This document shows, in pieces, positions 60,507-64,000 of a DNA stretch of 64,000 bases. The stretch is from Convolutriloba macropyga. Taxonomy: Eukaryota. Below the pieces are notes generated by a model. That model saw nothing but the letters and a program-made list of their open reading frames with translations. It had not been told where the DNA came from and searched no databases. The stretch spans positions 44,888,001 through 44,952,000 of the forward strand of contig NC_134479.1 of NCBI RefSeq assembly GCF_964194025.1, in the 5' to 3' direction. A program made the position numbers and the translations under genes. Position 1 is the first letter of the stretch. Each line of letters opens with the position of its first letter.

Positions 60507-63500
60507 ATGAAATACTTCAGAGAATACTCTCGCATACACTGCCGAATGGTACTTTAAGCGACTCTATCAAAGATTTCGATTCGACCTCGACATGAATATG
60601 TTTTAGGTACGCAGTAGAGAGGGCTCGAAAAAATGGAATTGATTCGGTTAAGCTTAACTGATATTGAGATTCGGGTAACCTCAATATCAGTTAACGATTA
60701 ACATAACCAACAAACGTCGCGTGAATTGCTCTCAAACGAAGGGCGAGCGGTTCGCTTCGGTTGTCTAGCTTTAGCGCAATTGAAGAGGCTTGAGGTGAGG
60801 GCAATAGATGATGACATCACGCCACATAACAGCAGCTGAAGTGCGGCATCAATAAAAGAGTTACGGAAAGAGAAATAGTGTGCGAGAGATAAAACGTGAA
60901 CGAGAAAGAGAATGAAAGAAACCCCAACCAACAGAGAGAGAAACAGAGCTAGAAATATTCCATGATGAGATTCGACTCTGCAACTTCTCGTTTTCTAGCC
61001 TTGTTAGTAATTAAACCATATCAAGAAAGCGAAGCGCAAAATTCAAAAGAAAAGTTTCCACATTTTGCAGTGAAAAAAGTTCCAAACCATTCGTTGTCTC
61101 ATGAGTTCTGTCATGTAACCCATCTGCAAGACTTGAAAATTTTCGTTGGCCAGTAATGATCGTTAAACTTAGAAAAGGAAATATTCAAAATTTTTAAAAA
61201 CAATAGCAAATTTTAACAAAATGAAATACTTCAGAGAATACTATCGCATACAATGCCGAATGGTACTTTAAGCGACTCTATCAAAGATTTCGATTCGACT
61301 CCAAACTGAATAAGTTTTAGGTACGCAGTAGTGAGGGCTCGAAAAAATGGAATTGATTCGGTTAAGCTTAACTGATATTGAGATTCGGGTAACCTCAATA
61401 TCAGTTAACGATTAACATAACCAACAAACGTCGCGTGAATTGCTCTCAAACGACCGGCGAGCGGTTCGCTTCGGTTGTCTAGCTTTAGCGCAATTGAAGA
61501 GGCTTGAGGTGAGGGCAATAGATGATATCACGCCACATAACAGCAGCTGAAGTGCGGCATCAACAAAAGAGTTACGGAAAGAGAAATAGTGTGCGAGAGA
61601 TAAAACGTGAACGAGAAAGAGAATGAAAGAAACCCCAACCAAAAGAGAGAGAAAGAGAGCTAGAAATATTCCATGATGAGATTCGACTCTGCAACTTCTC
61701 GTTTTCTAGCCTTGTTAGTAATTAAACCATATCAAAAAAGCGAAGCGCAAAATTCAAAAGAAAAGTTTCCACATTTTGCAGTGAAAAAAGTTAAAAACCA
61801 TTCGTTGTCTCATGAGTTCTGTCATGTAACCCATCTGCAAGACTTAAAAATTTTCGTTGCCCAGTAATGATCGTTAAACTTAGAAAAGAAAATACTCAAA
61901 AATTTTTAAAAAACAATAGCAAATTTTAACAAAATGAAATACTTCAGAGAATACTATCGCATACACTGCCTAATGGTACTTTAAGCGACTCTATCAAAGA
62001 TTTCGACTCGACTTCGAACTGAATGTTTTAGGTACGCAGTAGAGAGGGCTCGAAAAAATGGAATTGATTCGGTTAAGCTTAACTGATATTGAGATTCGGA
62101 TAACCTCAATATCAGTTAACGATTAACATAACCAACAAACGTCGCGTGAATTGCTCTCAAACGACCGGCGAGCGGTTCGCTTCGGTTGTCCAGCTTTAGT
62201 GCAATTGAAGAGGCTTGAGGTGAGGGCAATAGATGATGACATCACGCCACATAACAGCAGCTGAAGTGCGGCATCAACAAAAGAGTTACGGAAAGAGAAA
62301 TAGTGTGCGAGAGATAAAACGTGAACGAGAAAGAGAATGATGAAACCCCAACCAACAGAGAAAAAAAAGAGGGCTAGAAATATTCCATGATGAGATTCGA
62401 CTCTGCAACTTTTCGTTTTCTAGCCTTGTTAGTAATTAAACCATATCAAAAAAGCGAAGCGCAAAATTCAAAAGAAAAGTTTCCACATTTTGCAGTGAAA
62501 AAAGTTCAAAACCATTCGTTGTCTCATGAGTTCTGTCATGTAACCCATCTGCAAGACATAAAAATTTTCGTTGGCCAGTAATGATCGTTAAACTTAGATA
62601 AAGAAAATATTCAAAATTTTTAAAAAACCATAGCACATTTTAACAAAATGAAATACTTCAGAGAATACTATCGCATACACTGCCTAATGGTACTTTAAGC
62701 GACTCTATCAAAGATTTCGACTCGACTTCGAACTGAATATGTTTTAGGTACGCAGTAGAGAGGGCTCGAAAAAATGGAATTGATTCGGTTAAGCTTAACT
62801 GATATTGAGATTCGGATAACCTCAATATCAGTTAACGATTAACATAACCAACAAACATCGCGTGAATTGCTCTCAACCGACCGGCGAGCAGTTCGCTTCG
62901 GTTGTCTAGCTTTAGCGCAATTGAAGAGGCTTGAGGTGAGGGCAATAGATGATATCACGCCACATAACAGCAGCTGAAGTGCGGCATCAACAAAAGAGTT
63001 ACGGAAAGAGAAATAGTGTGCGAGAGATAAAACGTGAACGAGAAAGAGAATGAAAGAAACCCCAACCAAAAGAGAGAGAAAGAGAGCTAGAAATATTCCA
63101 TGATGAGATTCGACTCTGCAACTTCTCGTTTTCTAGCCTTGTTAGTAATTAAACCATATCAAAAAAGCGAAGCGCAAAATTCAAAAGAAAAGTTTCCACA
63201 TTTTGCAGTGAAAAAAGTTAAAAACCATTCGTTGTCTCATGAGTTCTGTCATGTAACCCATCTGCAAGACTTAAAAATTTTCGTTGCCCACTAATGATCG
63301 TTAAACTTAGAAAAGAAAATACTCAAAAATTTTTAAAAAACAATAGCAAATTTTAACAAAATGAAATACTTCAGAGAATACTATCGCATACACTGCCTAA
63401 TGGTACTTTAAGCGACTCTATCAAAGATTTCGACTCGACTTCGAACTGAATGTTTTAGGTACGCAGTAGAGAGGGCTCGAAAAAATGGAATTGATTCGGT

Positions 63501-64000
63501 TAAGCTTAACTGATATTGAGATTCGGATAACCTCAATATCAGTTAACGATTAACATAACCAACAAACGTCGCGTGAATTGCTCTCAAACGACCGGCGAGC
63601 GGTTCGCTTCGGTTGTCCAGCTTTAGTGCAATTGAAGAGGCTTGAGGTGAGGGCAATAGATGATGACATCACGCCACATAAAAGCAGCTGAAGTGCGGCA
63701 TCAACAAAAGAGTTACGGAAAGAGAAATAGTGTGCGAGAGATAAAACGTGAACGAGAAAGAGAATGATGAAACCCCAACCAACAGAGAAAAAAAAGAGGG
63801 CTAGAAATATTCCATGATGAGATTCGACTCTGCAACTTTTCGTTTTCTAGCCTTGTTAGTAATTAAACCATATCAAAAAAGCGAAGCGCAAAATTCAAAA
63901 GAAAAGTTTCCACATTTTGCAGTGAAAAAAGTTCAAAACCATTCGTTGTCTCATGAGTTCTGTCATGTAACCCATCTGCAAGACATAAAAATTTTCGTTG
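60507..64000. repeat. 713/714-bp tandem satellite, about 5 units visible, each containing a truncated HINE-A and a 15-bp inverted repeat
   Basis: Unit starts atgaaatacttcag at 60507, 61221, 61934, 62648, 63361; runs off the window. Confidence 0.95.

Noticed and set aside
60507-64000. CRISPR-like array or tandem gene cluster (repeated 64-77 aa ORFs)
   Set aside because: Whole units repeat with no unique spacers; the ORFs are chance frames in HINE-derived sequence

Overview
AT-rich, intron-rich animal genomic DNA with a strongly A-skewed + strand. The backbone is the 3' part of a minus-strand copine gene: 10 exons from 60293 down to the stop at 12662, with the 5' exons beyond the window. Three of its large introns each hold an apparently complete + strand gene: a phospholipase B-like (PLBD2-type Ntn hydrolase) gene, a divergent profilin and a secreted EPN-type C-type lectin. 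A further small minus-strand gene (start 4521) encodes an unrecognised Cys/His-rich membrane protein. Non-coding DNA is dominated by about 40 non-autonomous Helentron-type (HINE/DINE-like) elements of four families. They share a 3' hairpin + G(C/T)TATGTTT end, almost all point the same way, and nest into each other at fixed sites up to five levels deep. Also present are GG-terminated MITEs with 8-bp TSDs, a LINE fragment, a 1.59-kb tandem duplication and a 713/714-bp satellite with dimeric higher-order structure. The PLB gene needs a non-GT 5' splice site (GG by homology), and the lectin possibly has two more. All gene models were read by eye; no database search was run.
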